From: Anaerolineae bacterium
GTDB lineage: Bacteria > Chloroflexota > Anaerolineae > UBA1429
DNA length: 49,322 nucleotides
NCBI GenBank assembly: GCA_021162655.1
Contig: JAGGYI010000118.1
Span: 1-49,322, forward strand
Direction of reading: 5' to 3'
Shown here: positions 17,981 to 26,706 of the stretch, piece after piece
How the letters are laid out: each line of letters begins with the position of its first letter
Position numbering within the stretch: position 1 is the stretch's first letter
Notes under the pieces: generated by a model
Told to the model about the DNA's origin: nothing
The model's input: the letters and a program-made list of their open reading frames with translations, nothing else
The model's database searches: none
Position numbers and translations under genes: made by a program

Positions 17981-18703
17981 TTAATCTCCCAGATGAAAAG
18001 TTTGTTGAGCGTTCTCTCCAAGGAGACGGGCTTTGCTTCCAGGGGAGATATCAGCGTGCTGGATCATTTGCAGAGTGGGGACGATCTCCCACGCTGGAGC
18101 TCCACTACCGAAGAGCAGGCGGCGATCCCCTAGTCGCTCAGCAAGAAGCTCAACGATCCCTGGCGTGACAAGGCGGCAAAGCTCCAGATAGAGGTTGGGA
18201 CAAGTTTCCAAGACGGCAATCGCCTCTCCCATGGTAGCATAGGTGACATTAGCTAGAATCACGGGGATGGCTACTTCACGTGCCAAGAGGCCCACTAGAG
18301 TAGCGTCGCCTGAGGAAGAGACCTCCACTATACAAGGGAGCTTGAAACTGGCAGCCGCCTCGAGAGCACGCTGGAAGGGTTCGCTAGCTAGGGACCAATT
18401 TTGTTGATGGGGAATAAAACGGAGCCCTTTGAAGCCTTGCCGTGCATAGAGGGCGATTTCTTCCGTTACCCCCACGTAGGGAGCCGGGTTAACCACTGCG
18501 ACAGGGTACAAGTGAGGATCTTGAGCGAGCTGGAGCATCTTTGCATTGCCGGCCTGCGAATGGAAACGGATAGCGGCGGAATGGGTACAAAGGGCGTATG
18601 CCACCCCAGCACGAGCCATTTGTTCTTGCAGAGTAGCAAGGTCTAAGGGCCTATCATCCTCGGGGCGGACGCCTATACAGGTATTGATATCGATAATCTC
18701 CAT
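17981..18703 (-). CDS. Amidohydrolase-2-like paralog with a degenerate HxH metal site
   Basis: It has the same fold pattern as its neighbour (..FGSGAP.. near the C-terminus). However, the N-terminal metal motif reads IDINTCIG instead of ID.H.H. It lies 2 nt upstream of the intact paralog. Confidence 0.6.
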   Translation of the reverse strand: MEIIDINTCIGVRPEDDRPLDLATLQEQMARAGVAYALCTHSAAIRFHSQAGNAKMLQLAQDPHLYPVAVVNPAPYVGVTEEIALYARQGFKGLRFIPHQQNWSLASEPFQRALEAAASFKLPCIVEVSSSGDATLVGLLAREVAIPVILANVTYATMGEAIAVLETCPNLYLELCRLVTPGIVELLAERLGDRRLLFGSGAPAWEIVPTLQMIQHADISPGSKARLLGENAQQTFHLGD

Positions 18704-18718
18704 GGTATTACTTCCTCA

Positions 18719-19960
18719 TTACTTTAGGTAGGCTTGTTCAACCTTGTGGAGAGCAGCAGCAATATCATCGATCTCTTTGCTGGTATATCCTTCGTGCCAG
18801 CGAAGCACCATGTGCATGTTAATGCCCTTGCGGGCATTGGGACATGTTCCCTCATAGACAACTTCTTTTCCGTAGTATGGGCATGTCCAGGGGCATCCCG
18901 ATTTGCCGTACGTAGCCCTATTACGGAACCAGGGCGTTTCGTAGATGATCCAGTCATAATGGGGATCAACAGGGATCCCCTCAGCAGCAAGAGCCCGAGC
19001 CACTTGTTCTTTCGGGACCTTGAGGCGCTCTTGTTCCACACGCAACAGGAGTAACCAATAGGAAGGAACGACGTGGGGAATAACTTTGCCCATGTGGATC
19101 GCTTGAAGATCTGCCATGCGCTCGGCAAGCTGGGCGGCTAGGGAGCGACGCTGTTCTAGAACAAGGTCGAGCTTGCGCAGTTGGACGCGACCAATGACTG
19201 CTTCTAGCTCCGTCATGCGATAATTGAGCCCAAGGAAGAGATTCTTTTTCTCCTCACTGTTGAAGGGCTTGCCTCTATCGGCGAAGCGTTTGGCATTCCA
19301 GTAGATTTCCTCGTTGTTTGTGATGACCATGCCTCCTTGACCACCAGCAGTATGGTGCTTTCCTCCCATCAAGCTAAAGACTCCTATATCGCCAATGGTG
19401 CCCACAAGTTTCCCTTTGTAGAGTGCTCCATGAGCTTGGCTGCAATCTTCGATGACGGGGATCTGATGGGCCCTGGCAACCTCCATGATGGGGTCCATGT
19501 CTACAGGCTGGCCAGCCAAATGGGCGACAATGATCGCTTTTGTCCGCTCTGTGATTCGTTCCGCAATCGATTGAGGATCGACGTTCATGGTTTCAGGGTC
19601 TGCATCGGCGAAAATGGGGATGCAGTTATTCCAAAGAATGGGAGCCACTCCACCGGGATCAGTGATAGGCGAAGAGATGACCTCTTGAGCGATGTCGAGC
19701 CGCAGGGCACCCAGGGCTGCATGCACAGCGGCTGTGCCGGAGCTTGTGGCGGTAGCATAAGCTACTCCATGGTACTCGGCGAATTCGCGTTCATAAGCAT
19801 CGACATGCTCGCCACCGTAGCGATCGAGCCCCCCGCCCTGGGTACGCTCTTTTTCCAATAGTTGATGAACGGCCTCGATTTCTTCTTCTCCTATGAGAAT
19901 GCGACGCGGGAAAGGCTCTGTACGAACAGGAGAACCTCCTTCAATGGCTAAGCGCGACAT
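18719..19960 (-). CDS. DegT/DnrJ/EryC1/StrS family PLP-dependent aminotransferase
   Basis: 413 aa. ATSSGTAAVHAAL, IPVIEDCSQAHGA and FSLMGGKHHT (PLP Lys region) are typical of DegT-family sugar aminotransferases. Confidence 0.85.
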   Translation of the reverse strand: MSRLAIEGGSPVRTEPFPRRILIGEEEIEAVHQLLEKERTQGGGLDRYGGEHVDAYEREFAEYHGVAYATATSSGTAAVHAALGALRLDIAQEVISSPITDPGGVAPILWNNCIPIFADADPETMNVDPQSIAERITERTKAIIVAHLAGQPVDMDPIMEVARAHQIPVIEDCSQAHGALYKGKLVGTIGDIGVFSLMGGKHHTAGGQGGMVITNNEEIYWNAKRFADRGKPFNSEEKKNLFLGLNYRMTELEAVIGRVQLRKLDLVLEQRRSLAAQLAERMADLQAIHMGKVIPHVVPSYWLLLLRVEQERLKVPKEQVARALAAEGIPVDPHYDWIIYETPWFRNRATYGKSGCPWTCPYYGKEVVYEGTCPNARKGINMHMVLRWHEGYTSKEIDDIAAALHKVEQAYLK

Positions 19961-19984
19961 CTTACTACTCCTTGTTGAATGTTG

Positions 19985-20894
19985 TTAGACTCCCCAGCTA
20001 AAGAGGGGAGTGAGATCGGCCAGAATATCATCCAGGGCTTGCTGATCCTGCTCGTCCAGCAGCTGGGAGGGCATGTTTCGTGCATAGGCGCAGCGAATGA
20101 CCCCTCGCTTTTTGAGCACTTCTTTGTAGATGATCCCTGGATATTCTACCTCGATGGCGAAAAGGGGAGCCATGCGACCGTAAATTTCCTTGGCTTTGGC
20201 CCAATCCCCAGCCTCCAGTGCGTTCCACAGCTTGACGACAACATCAGTCACATGACATCCTGGCATATTTCCTGCTACTCCGCGAGGGTATTCGAGCAAG
20301 AGGTAACGCCCTCCTGCTCCTCCGAAGACTCCCTTTAGTTGAGCGCCGGCCAGCTCTTGCACCTGGCTTAGTTTATGTGTAGTAGGTAGGGTTTCCTCCT
20401 TGATATATTGTACGTTTTCAATCTCTCGGACAAGGCGAGCGAGGATAGAGGGGGAGAGCTCCGTACCCACAGGAGGAGAATGGTTCTGGATAAAGACGGG
20501 AACTTGGGCAGCCTGGGCGATCCCCTTGATAGTAGAGGAAAAGATCTCTTTCTGCAGAAATTTTGTTGATGTAAGGGGGCATGGCAATCACTGCGTCAAC
20601 CCCGACGCTTTTCGCGTAGCGGCTAAACATCACGGCGTGCTCGCGGCAGACCCCAGCGACTCCAGCAACTACAGGCACTCTGCCTGCCGTCTGTTCTGTC
20701 ACGATGCGAATGACACGAAGGCGTTCTTCATCGGTGAGCCTGGTGAATTCACTGGCATTCACTGGAGAAACAATGCCATGGGCCCCACAGGCAATACAAA
20801 AATCAACGGTCCGGCGTAATCCTTCCTCATCAAGTTGGCCGCGTTCATCAAAGGGGGTGGAGGGAATGGTAAAGATGCCTCTCATCTGTTCCAT
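19985..20894 (-). pseudogene. Dihydrodipicolinate synthase/N-acetylneuraminate lyase (DapA) family lyase, interrupted by a frameshift
   Basis: Two overlapping minus-strand ORFs in different frames. ORF 20418-20894 encodes the N-terminal half (GIFTIPSTPF..., ending AMPPYINK). ORF 19985-20587 encodes the C-terminal half (..FLQKEIFSSTIKGIAQAAQVPVFIQNH, Schiff-base Lys in YIKEE). Removing one nt near the A4 run at 20561-20564 gives a continuous protein of about 303 aa. Confidence 0.75.
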
Positions 20895-21047
20895 AGCTTC
20901 CGCTCCTATCCTATTTCCCTAACTCCAGAGACCCATTATGATAAACATACCACAAATGGACTGCTCTGTCTACTAAAGCATTTGAACGAAGAGGGGTTTC
21001 GTCCTATGATAGACATTAGCAAGTATTTAAGAATAGGAGATGAATCC

Positions 21048-21698
21048 ATGGACAAGCTCGCTTTATTGCAGGGGATGTTGGATACGGGTGTTGTGGCGAT
21101 CGTGCGGTTGAGCTCTTCTGAGAGCTTGATCCGAGTGGCCGAGGCGATTGCGGCTGGGGGAGTGCGCTACATTGAATTTACTATGACGACCCCTGGTGCC
21201 CTCAAGACACTTGAGGAGGTGAGTACCCGGTTTGGCGAAGATGTAGTCTTTGGTGCAGGAACGGTATTGGATGCCGAATCGGCCAGAGCGGCGATCCTAG
21301 CGGGAGCCAAGTTCATCGTTGCTCCGACGTTGGATCCTGAGGTTATCGAGATCTGCAGCCGCTATAGTGTGGTTTCGATGCCAGGAGCTCTTACTCCTAC
21401 CGAGGTGCTCAAAGCATGGGATTTGGGGGCCGATGTAGTCAAAGTCTTCCCGGCTAGTGCGGTTGGTGGGCCTAGTTACATCAAGGCTCTACTGGCACCT
21501 TTGCCTCAGCTCAAGTTAGCCCCGGTGGGTGGGGTGAACCTAGACAATGTCAGTGAGTACATCCGCATGGGTGCAGTATGTGTGGGAGTAGGCTCGGCAC
21601 TGGTGAATAATAAGTTGGTTGCCTCTGGGGATTGGGCTGCTCTAACCGAGCGTGCCAAGGGCTTTATTGAGGGTGTGAAAGCGGGTCGGCAGAAATAG
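21048..21698 (+). CDS. eda: KDPG/KHG aldolase (2-dehydro-3-deoxy-phosphogluconate / 4-hydroxy-2-oxoglutarate aldolase)
   Basis: VVAIVRL, IEFTMTTPGA, GAGTVL and DVVKVFPA (Schiff-base Lys) are classic Eda motifs. The start was chosen at ATG 21048 with AGGAGA upstream, because the ORF-track extension to 20835 has no homology-like content. Confidence 0.85.
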   Translation: MDKLALLQGMLDTGVVAIVRLSSSESLIRVAEAIAAGGVRYIEFTMTTPGALKTLEEVSTRFGEDVVFGAGTVLDAESARAAILAGAKFIVAPTLDPEVIEICSRYSVVSMPGALTPTEVLKAWDLGADVVKVFPASAVGGPSYIKALLAPLPQLKLAPVGGVNLDNVSEYIRMGAVCVGVGSALVNNKLVASGDWAALTERAKGFIEGVKAGRQK

Positions 21699-21726
21699 CA
21701 GGCTTTCTCTGAAGATGCCTGTGGTG

Positions 21727-21760
21727 AAAAAGGAGGGGAGAGAAACTCCCCTCCTTTTTG
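21727..21760. terminator. Bidirectional rho-independent terminator between convergent eda and the ABC permease gene
   Basis: aaaa-AGGAGGGGAG-agaaa-CTCCCCTCCT-tttt, a perfect 10-bp GC-rich stem flanked by an A-tract and a T-tract. Confidence 0.65.
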
Positions 21761-22990
21761 TTATTCGTATCGTAGAGCTTCGATGGGATTTAGAGATGCT
21801 GCTCTGCTGGCGGGGTAGATGCCAAAAAAGAGTCCCACAAAGGTGGAAAAGCCGACCGCGAGAAGGACCGCTTGGGGGGAGACGTAGGTAGTAAAAGTGC
21901 CTAATGAATTGACAATGGCAGAGATTCCCCAGCCCAAAAGTATTCCTAGGATGCCCCCAATAAAGCTGAGGACGATGGATTCAATGAGGAACTGCCAAAG
22001 GATATCTTTGCGCTTTGCTCCTACTGCTTTGCGAATACCAATTTCTCGCGTGCGCTCGGTGACAGAAACGAGCATGATATTCATAATACCGATTCCACCG
22101 ACGAGCAGGGAGATGCCTGCGATAGCGCCCAAAAAGATGGTGAGAATGTCGGTGACTTGATTAAAGGCGCTGAGAATGTCTTTTTGGGAGACGACAGTAA
22201 AGTCATCTTCTTCGTCGTATTTAATGCGGTGGCGCTCTCTCAGCGTCCAAACAATCTCTTCGATGACGTTATCAATGTCTTTTTCGTCTCGTACCGAGAT
22301 GTTGATGAGATCGACGCGCTGTTCCCCAGAAGATGCTCGGCCGCTAAAAAGACGCCGTTGGGCTGTAGAGAGGGGAACAATGACGACATCGTCCAAAGAG
22401 CGTCCCATGGAGCTGCCACCTTTTTCTTCCAAGATTCCGATTACTCGAAAAGGAATGCGATTGATGCGAATGGTTTTCCCCAGGGCAAATTCCGGATCTC
22501 CAAAAAGCTCTCTAACAACGTCCATACCAAGGACGGCCACTCTGGCGGCAGCTGCTTCATCTCCGTCGGAGATGAATTCTCCAAGTTGTGGATGAAAGTT
22601 GCGGACATGCTCAAAAGCAGGCACGGTGCCAATAATAGAGGTGTCAACGCTTGCCCCTTCAAAGGTTACGGTGGCGCCACGGTTGATCTCCGGGGCGATT
22701 GCAGAAAGATATGGTGCAATGAGAGGATTCTTGGCGATTGCCTCGGCATCCTCGTAGGTCAAGGGCTCGATGCGGCCTCCTTGGGCACGAAAATTCGGAA
22801 AGATCATCACCAGATTGGAGCCGATGCTCTGGATTTGTTCGGTGATGGCGATTTGAGCACCTTGCCCCAGAGAGAGGAGAGCAATGACAGCTCCAGTGCC
22901 AATGATGATGCCTAGCATTGTCAAAGCCGAACGCATTTTATTGGCGCCAAGGCTACGGAAAGCCATGCGAATACTTTCTTGGATGTTCAT
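21761..22990 (-). CDS. ABC transporter permease, MacB/FtsX family
   Basis: 409 aa. The N-terminus AFRSLGANKMRSALTMLGIIIGTGAV, a large extracytoplasmic domain and a C-terminal FtsX-type 3-TM bundle (ERTREIGIRKAVGA) match this family. Confidence 0.85.
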   Translation of the reverse strand: MNIQESIRMAFRSLGANKMRSALTMLGIIIGTGAVIALLSLGQGAQIAITEQIQSIGSNLVMIFPNFRAQGGRIEPLTYEDAEAIAKNPLIAPYLSAIAPEINRGATVTFEGASVDTSIIGTVPAFEHVRNFHPQLGEFISDGDEAAAARVAVLGMDVVRELFGDPEFALGKTIRINRIPFRVIGILEEKGGSSMGRSLDDVVIVPLSTAQRRLFSGRASSGEQRVDLINISVRDEKDIDNVIEEIVWTLRERHRIKYDEEDDFTVVSQKDILSAFNQVTDILTIFLGAIAGISLLVGGIGIMNIMLVSVTERTREIGIRKAVGAKRKDILWQFLIESIVLSFIGGILGILLGWGISAIVNSLGTFTTYVSPQAVLLAVGFSTFVGLFFGIYPASRAASLNPIEALRYE

Positions 22991-22992
22991 GG

Positions 22993-23724
22993 TTATTCCC
23001 CCGCTGTTATTGAGGGAAGCTTTTCTTGGGAGACGAGCCGTTGTTGTGTGACCTTTTCGTCTCCGACGATTTTACCATCTCGGATGCGGATGATACGTCG
23101 GGTAAACTGGGCAATCTCGGGATCATGGGTTACATAGACGATGGTAATCCCCCGCTCTGCATTCAATTTTTGAAAGAGCCCCACGATCTCCAAGCCAGTG
23201 CGTGTGTCGAGGTTGCCTGTGGGTTCGTCGGCCAGGATGATGTCGGGCTCATTTGCCAAAGCCCGCGCTATCGCCACACGCTGTTGCTCGCCGCCAGAAA
23301 GCTCATTAGGCTTGTGGTGGATGCGGTCTCCCAAGCCCACTTCTTGCAGAACTCTAAGAGCTCTCTCGCGGCGATTTTTCACCCCTGCATAGATCAGAGG
23401 GAGCTCGACGTTATCCAAGGCGGACATTCGCGGAAGCAAATTATATTGCTGAAATACAAAGCCAATGCGTTGATTGCGAATTTCAGCTAGCTGGTTGTCA
23501 TTCAGGCTCGAAACAGGAATTCCATCTAGAAAGTATTCCCCTGAAGAAGGTTGGTCAAGGCAGCCTATAATATTCATGAGGGTACTTTTGCCTGAGCCCG
23601 AAGGCCCCATGATTGCTGTCAGTTCTCCTTGCTCGATCTGGAGCGTGATGCCTCGTAGGGCGTGGACTTGGACCGTTCCCATTTGGTAAATTTTGTGCAC
23701 TTGGTGGAGCTCGATTAGTTTCAT
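22993..23724 (-). CDS. ABC transporter ATP-binding protein (MacB/LolD-type)
   Basis: Walker [10 protein letters not shown], signature [15 protein letters not shown], Walker [13 protein letters not shown]. Confidence 0.9.
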   Translation of the reverse strand: MKLIELHQVHKIYQMGTVQVHALRGITLQIEQGELTAIMGPSGSGKSTLMNIIGCLDQPSSGEYFLDGIPVSSLNDNQLAEIRNQRIGFVFQQYNLLPRMSALDNVELPLIYAGVKNRRERALRVLQEVGLGDRIHHKPNELSGGEQQRVAIARALANEPDIILADEPTGNLDTRTGLEIVGLFQKLNAERGITIVYVTHDPEIAQFTRRIIRIRDGKIVGDEKVTQQRLVSQEKLPSITAGE

Positions 23725-25118
23725 CGGGCTCTACCTCCAAAGGGGGCTTTGGGGATGTTCCCGCTTGTTGGCGTGGATGTCCCACCAATGATGATTTGCT
23801 GGCCTTCTTTGAGCCCGCTGAGAACCTCGGTATATCTGTCGTTGGAAGTGCCTGTGCGGATGTAGACTTGTTTCGTCTGTCCGTTTTCGAGGACCATTAC
23901 GTACTTGCCCTTTTCGTCTCGTCGCAAAGCGCGATTGGGCACTAGGAGAGCATCTGTCTTTACGTTAGTGATGATCTCAGCTTCTCCTGTCATCATGGGG
24001 CGTAGCTCTAGTTCTGTGGGATCGAGGTCGATTCGCACGTCGTACATTATTAACCCCTGTACATTTTTCCCTATGAGGGAGATCTGGCTGACTCGGCCTG
24101 TGACTTTGTCATCGGGGAAAGCATCCAGATAGATGCGAACTGGCTGTCCCACTCGGATCTGCCCTATTTCTGTTTCGTCTACACTTACGTTGAGATGGAA
24201 TTTTGAAGTATCTATAATGGTTCCCACTCGTACTCCCGGAGATACCAGATCTCCTTCGTGAAGTTGCCAACTGCCAAGATACCCCTTGATAGGGGCGGTG
24301 AGTAAAGCATTCTCCAATTTTTTCTGCGCTATCTCTAGGTTTACCTTTGCCTGTTCGAGTTGGGCCTCTGCAAGAGCAACATCCTCAGGGTGGGGCAGAG
24401 TTTGAAGCTTTGCCAGAGTCGCTTTCGCTTGAGCGATTTGGGACTCTGCTGCTTTAAGGGTGGAGGCTTTGGGAGGCTCTAAAAGCTTTTTGTATTCAAG
24501 CTCGGCTATTTTGACCCCCATCTCTGCACTGGCCACCTGGGCTTTGGCTTGGACCTTGGAGCCCTCAGAGGCCATAGGGTTTGCAAGGAGCGCGTCCCGA
24601 TTGCCTTGGGCTCCCCAAAGAGAGTCTTTGGCCTGCTCGATACGTAACTGAGCGATCTGTTTGTCGAGCTCCGAGACCCCTTTGAGGAGATCTTCCAGGT
24701 TTGCTTCCGCGGCCTCTAAAGCTGCCTGAGCAGCATCGAGTTCCTCTGGCAGAGGCCCGCGCCGAACCTTGGCCAACTGGGCTTGGCTGACCTTGAGAGC
24801 AGCTTGCGCTTGTTTGATACCAAGTTCCAGTTCATCGGTGTCCAGTTTGGCGAGGAGTTGGCCTTTTGCTACCTGTTCTCCCTCAGAGACTAGAACCTGG
24901 GCCACTTGGCCGGCGATGCTGAAACTGAGGTTGCGTTCCTCCTCTGCCTGAAGATTTCCTGTAGCGGTGACGAGTGCCTCAATAGGGCCGCGAATCACTT
25001 TTTCTGTTTTGATTCCTTCGGGGGGTAGGGTCTCTTTCCCTTTAGTTGTTTGGGAGTATAGAAACCAGCTGCCACCAATGATTAAGAGAATAGCAACGAC
25101 GTTGAGAAACTTTTTCAT
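23721..25118 (-). CDS. HlyD/MacA-type periplasmic adaptor (membrane fusion protein)
   Basis: 465 aa with an N-terminal TM anchor, a long Ala/Gln/Glu/Leu-rich coiled-coil hairpin and a C-terminal beta-barrel domain. It overlaps the ATPase gene by 4 nt. Confidence 0.8.
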   Translation of the reverse strand: MKKFLNVVAILLIIGGSWFLYSQTTKGKETLPPEGIKTEKVIRGPIEALVTATGNLQAEEERNLSFSIAGQVAQVLVSEGEQVAKGQLLAKLDTDELELGIKQAQAALKVSQAQLAKVRRGPLPEELDAAQAALEAAEANLEDLLKGVSELDKQIAQLRIEQAKDSLWGAQGNRDALLANPMASEGSKVQAKAQVASAEMGVKIAELEYKKLLEPPKASTLKAAESQIAQAKATLAKLQTLPHPEDVALAEAQLEQAKVNLEIAQKKLENALLTAPIKGYLGSWQLHEGDLVSPGVRVGTIIDTSKFHLNVSVDETEIGQIRVGQPVRIYLDAFPDDKVTGRVSQISLIGKNVQGLIMYDVRIDLDPTELELRPMMTGEAEIITNVKTDALLVPNRALRRDEKGKYVMVLENGQTKQVYIRTGTSNDRYTEVLSGLKEGQQIIIGGTSTPTSGNIPKAPFGGRAR

Positions 25119-25141
25119 CTAGTATTCCTCCAAGATGCTTT

Positions 25142-25888
25142 TCATCCTAGTGCTTTGCCGATGAAAGCCGCGCTGATCGCAACAGGGATAAGGCGGAGCC
25201 CAAGTAAAAGGGCCCAGGCCAAGATGGCGAGGAGTAAACCCTTTTTGCGGCTCACCTTTGTGGCTGCTGAGATCCCTATGCTCCAGAGAACAATGTACCA
25301 TAGAGAGAAAAGATCTATGTTGCTTAAAAGAGCGTAGAGGATGTTGCGGCTATCTCTGAGCCAGTTACCACTGCTGACGAGGAAGGAAAACCCTTGATGT
25401 TCGATGAGTTGATGGTTTATGCTAATGTAGAGGGCCTGAGTGAGCTTCTGAACCCCAAACGGAATGCTGCTCCAGACAGTGACAGCGAATGTCTTGGCCC
25501 ATTGGCTTTCTCCTCTAAGGGCGGCGCTAGAAAAATGAATGAGAGCTGCTCGGATGGTCCATCCCAGGAGAGCTAAAACAAACCCGACACCCACGGAGCT
25601 TATCCAATAGCGTTGTATTGTCATAGTTTGGGGTTGCCTTCGCATAGCAGTTCCCAAGCCCCTCATAGGGACTCTCGGGGTAGGTCTGTTAGAGAGATGC
25701 TCGATCATTTGGGTGGCTTGGGCATTTGCCCTCTCTACTGCCAAGGGGGCAGAGGCCCAGGTAAAAATAACTGTGCAAAGAAGGAAAAAGAGGGCAGCGA
25801 TCCACCAGGTGCGATGCCGTTGGGCTGCATGCTTCATAGCTAGCGTTGGCTGGTCAAATATATGCCAGAGAATTTGCCCGGAATGCAT
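25142..25888 (-). CDS. Polytopic membrane protein (possibly Yip1-domain), first gene of the efflux operon
   Basis: 248 aa with about 5 predicted TM helices, 23 nt upstream of the adaptor gene on the same strand. The family assignment is tentative. Confidence 0.4.
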   Translation of the reverse strand: MHSGQILWHIFDQPTLAMKHAAQRHRTWWIAALFFLLCTVIFTWASAPLAVERANAQATQMIEHLSNRPTPRVPMRGLGTAMRRQPQTMTIQRYWISSVGVGFVLALLGWTIRAALIHFSSAALRGESQWAKTFAVTVWSSIPFGVQKLTQALYISINHQLIEHQGFSFLVSSGNWLRDSRNILYALLSNIDLFSLWYIVLWSIGISAATKVSRKKGLLLAILAWALLLGLRLIPVAISAAFIGKALG

Positions 25889-25983
25889 CGTTTCCTCCTT
25901 GTGTCATCATCACTTTATATTACGCAGATGTCGGGAGCTTTATTCGCTTCGAGGAGTTACGGGGTATTTTGGAGGGATGGGAG

Positions 25984-26691
25984 ATGAAAATTTGGAAGAC
26001 GTTAACACTGGTTTCCCTTTCCTTGTTGGGCAGCTTTGCTGTGGGATGCTCCAAGGGACCGCCCCTTTCGCCTAGCGAAAGTACAGGACGAGAAAGAATT
26101 GTATCTCTGCCTCTTCCCAGCAAGTATAGCGAGGTTTCGATAGAGGAGGCCCTCTGGAAGAGGCGATCCATTCGCCGCTATGCGGAGGGTGCTCTTTCTC
26201 TCCAGGAAGTAGGCCAACTTCTTTGGGCTGCCCAGGGTGTTACAAACGAAAGGGGTTTTCGAACCGCACCTTCTGCAGGGGCTCTTTACCCCTTGGAACT
26301 CTACATTGTAGTAGGGAAGGTTGAGGGATTGTCACCCGGAATCTACCATTACCTCCCTCAGGATCATGCTTTAGAATGGGTAAAGGAGGGAGATTTTAGA
26401 GAGCTCCTTGCAAGGGCTGCCCTTGACCAGGCTTGGGTTCAGCAAGCGGCTCTAGATATTGTTTTTGCCGCTATCTACGAGAGAACTACCCGCAGGTATG
26501 GCTTCCGTGGAGTGCGCTATGTGCACATAGAGGTAGGCCATGCAGCAGAGAACGTCTATCTTCAAGCCGTCAGTTTGGAACTGGGCACAGTGGCTGTTGG
26601 CGCTTTTCACGACGAACAGGTACGCCAGGTCCTGGGTCTCTCCGAAAAGGAGGTTCCTCTTTACATCATGCCTGTGGGAAGACTCCGTTAG
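25984..26691 (+). CDS. SagB/ThcOx-type nitroreductase-fold dehydrogenase with a lipoprotein-type signal peptide
   Basis: MKIWKTLTLVSLSLLGSFAVGC (lipobox-like AVGC), followed by RRSIRRY, LLWAAQGVT, RTAPSAGALYPLELYIVV and GIYHY, which are typical of the SagB-type dehydrogenase domain. The start is at ATG 25984 with GGAGGG upstream. Confidence 0.7.
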   Translation: MKIWKTLTLVSLSLLGSFAVGCSKGPPLSPSESTGRERIVSLPLPSKYSEVSIEEALWKRRSIRRYAEGALSLQEVGQLLWAAQGVTNERGFRTAPSAGALYPLELYIVVGKVEGLSPGIYHYLPQDHALEWVKEGDFRELLARAALDQAWVQQAALDIVFAAIYERTTRRYGFRGVRYVHIEVGHAAENVYLQAVSLELGTVAVGAFHDEQVRQVLGLSEKEVPLYIMPVGRLR

Positions 26692-26706
26692 GGATAGTGT
26701 GGAGGG

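Noticed and set aside
20557-20570. Programmed ribosomal frameshift in the DapA-family gene
   Set aside because: There is no slippery heptamer of the known types and no downstream stimulatory structure. A 1-nt indel in a homopolymer, from mutation or sequencing error, is the more parsimonious explanation.
22157-22915. Long antisense ORFs inside confirmed genes (for example 252 aa at 22157-22915, 220 aa at 30237-30899, 204 aa at 37618-38232, 179 aa at 6164-6703, 174 aa at 19337-19861)
   Set aside because: Each lies fully within a well-supported gene on the opposite strand. They have low-complexity or Arg/Ser/Pro-rich composition and no recognisable motifs. Shadow ORFs of this kind are typical at this GC content.
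21761-26691. MacAB-like exporter + membrane protein + SagB-type dehydrogenase considered as a RiPP/TOMM biosynthetic cluster
   Set aside because: No YcaO or cyclodehydratase, no docking protein and no plausible precursor peptide ORF are present. The SagB-like gene is divergently transcribed and carries an export signal.
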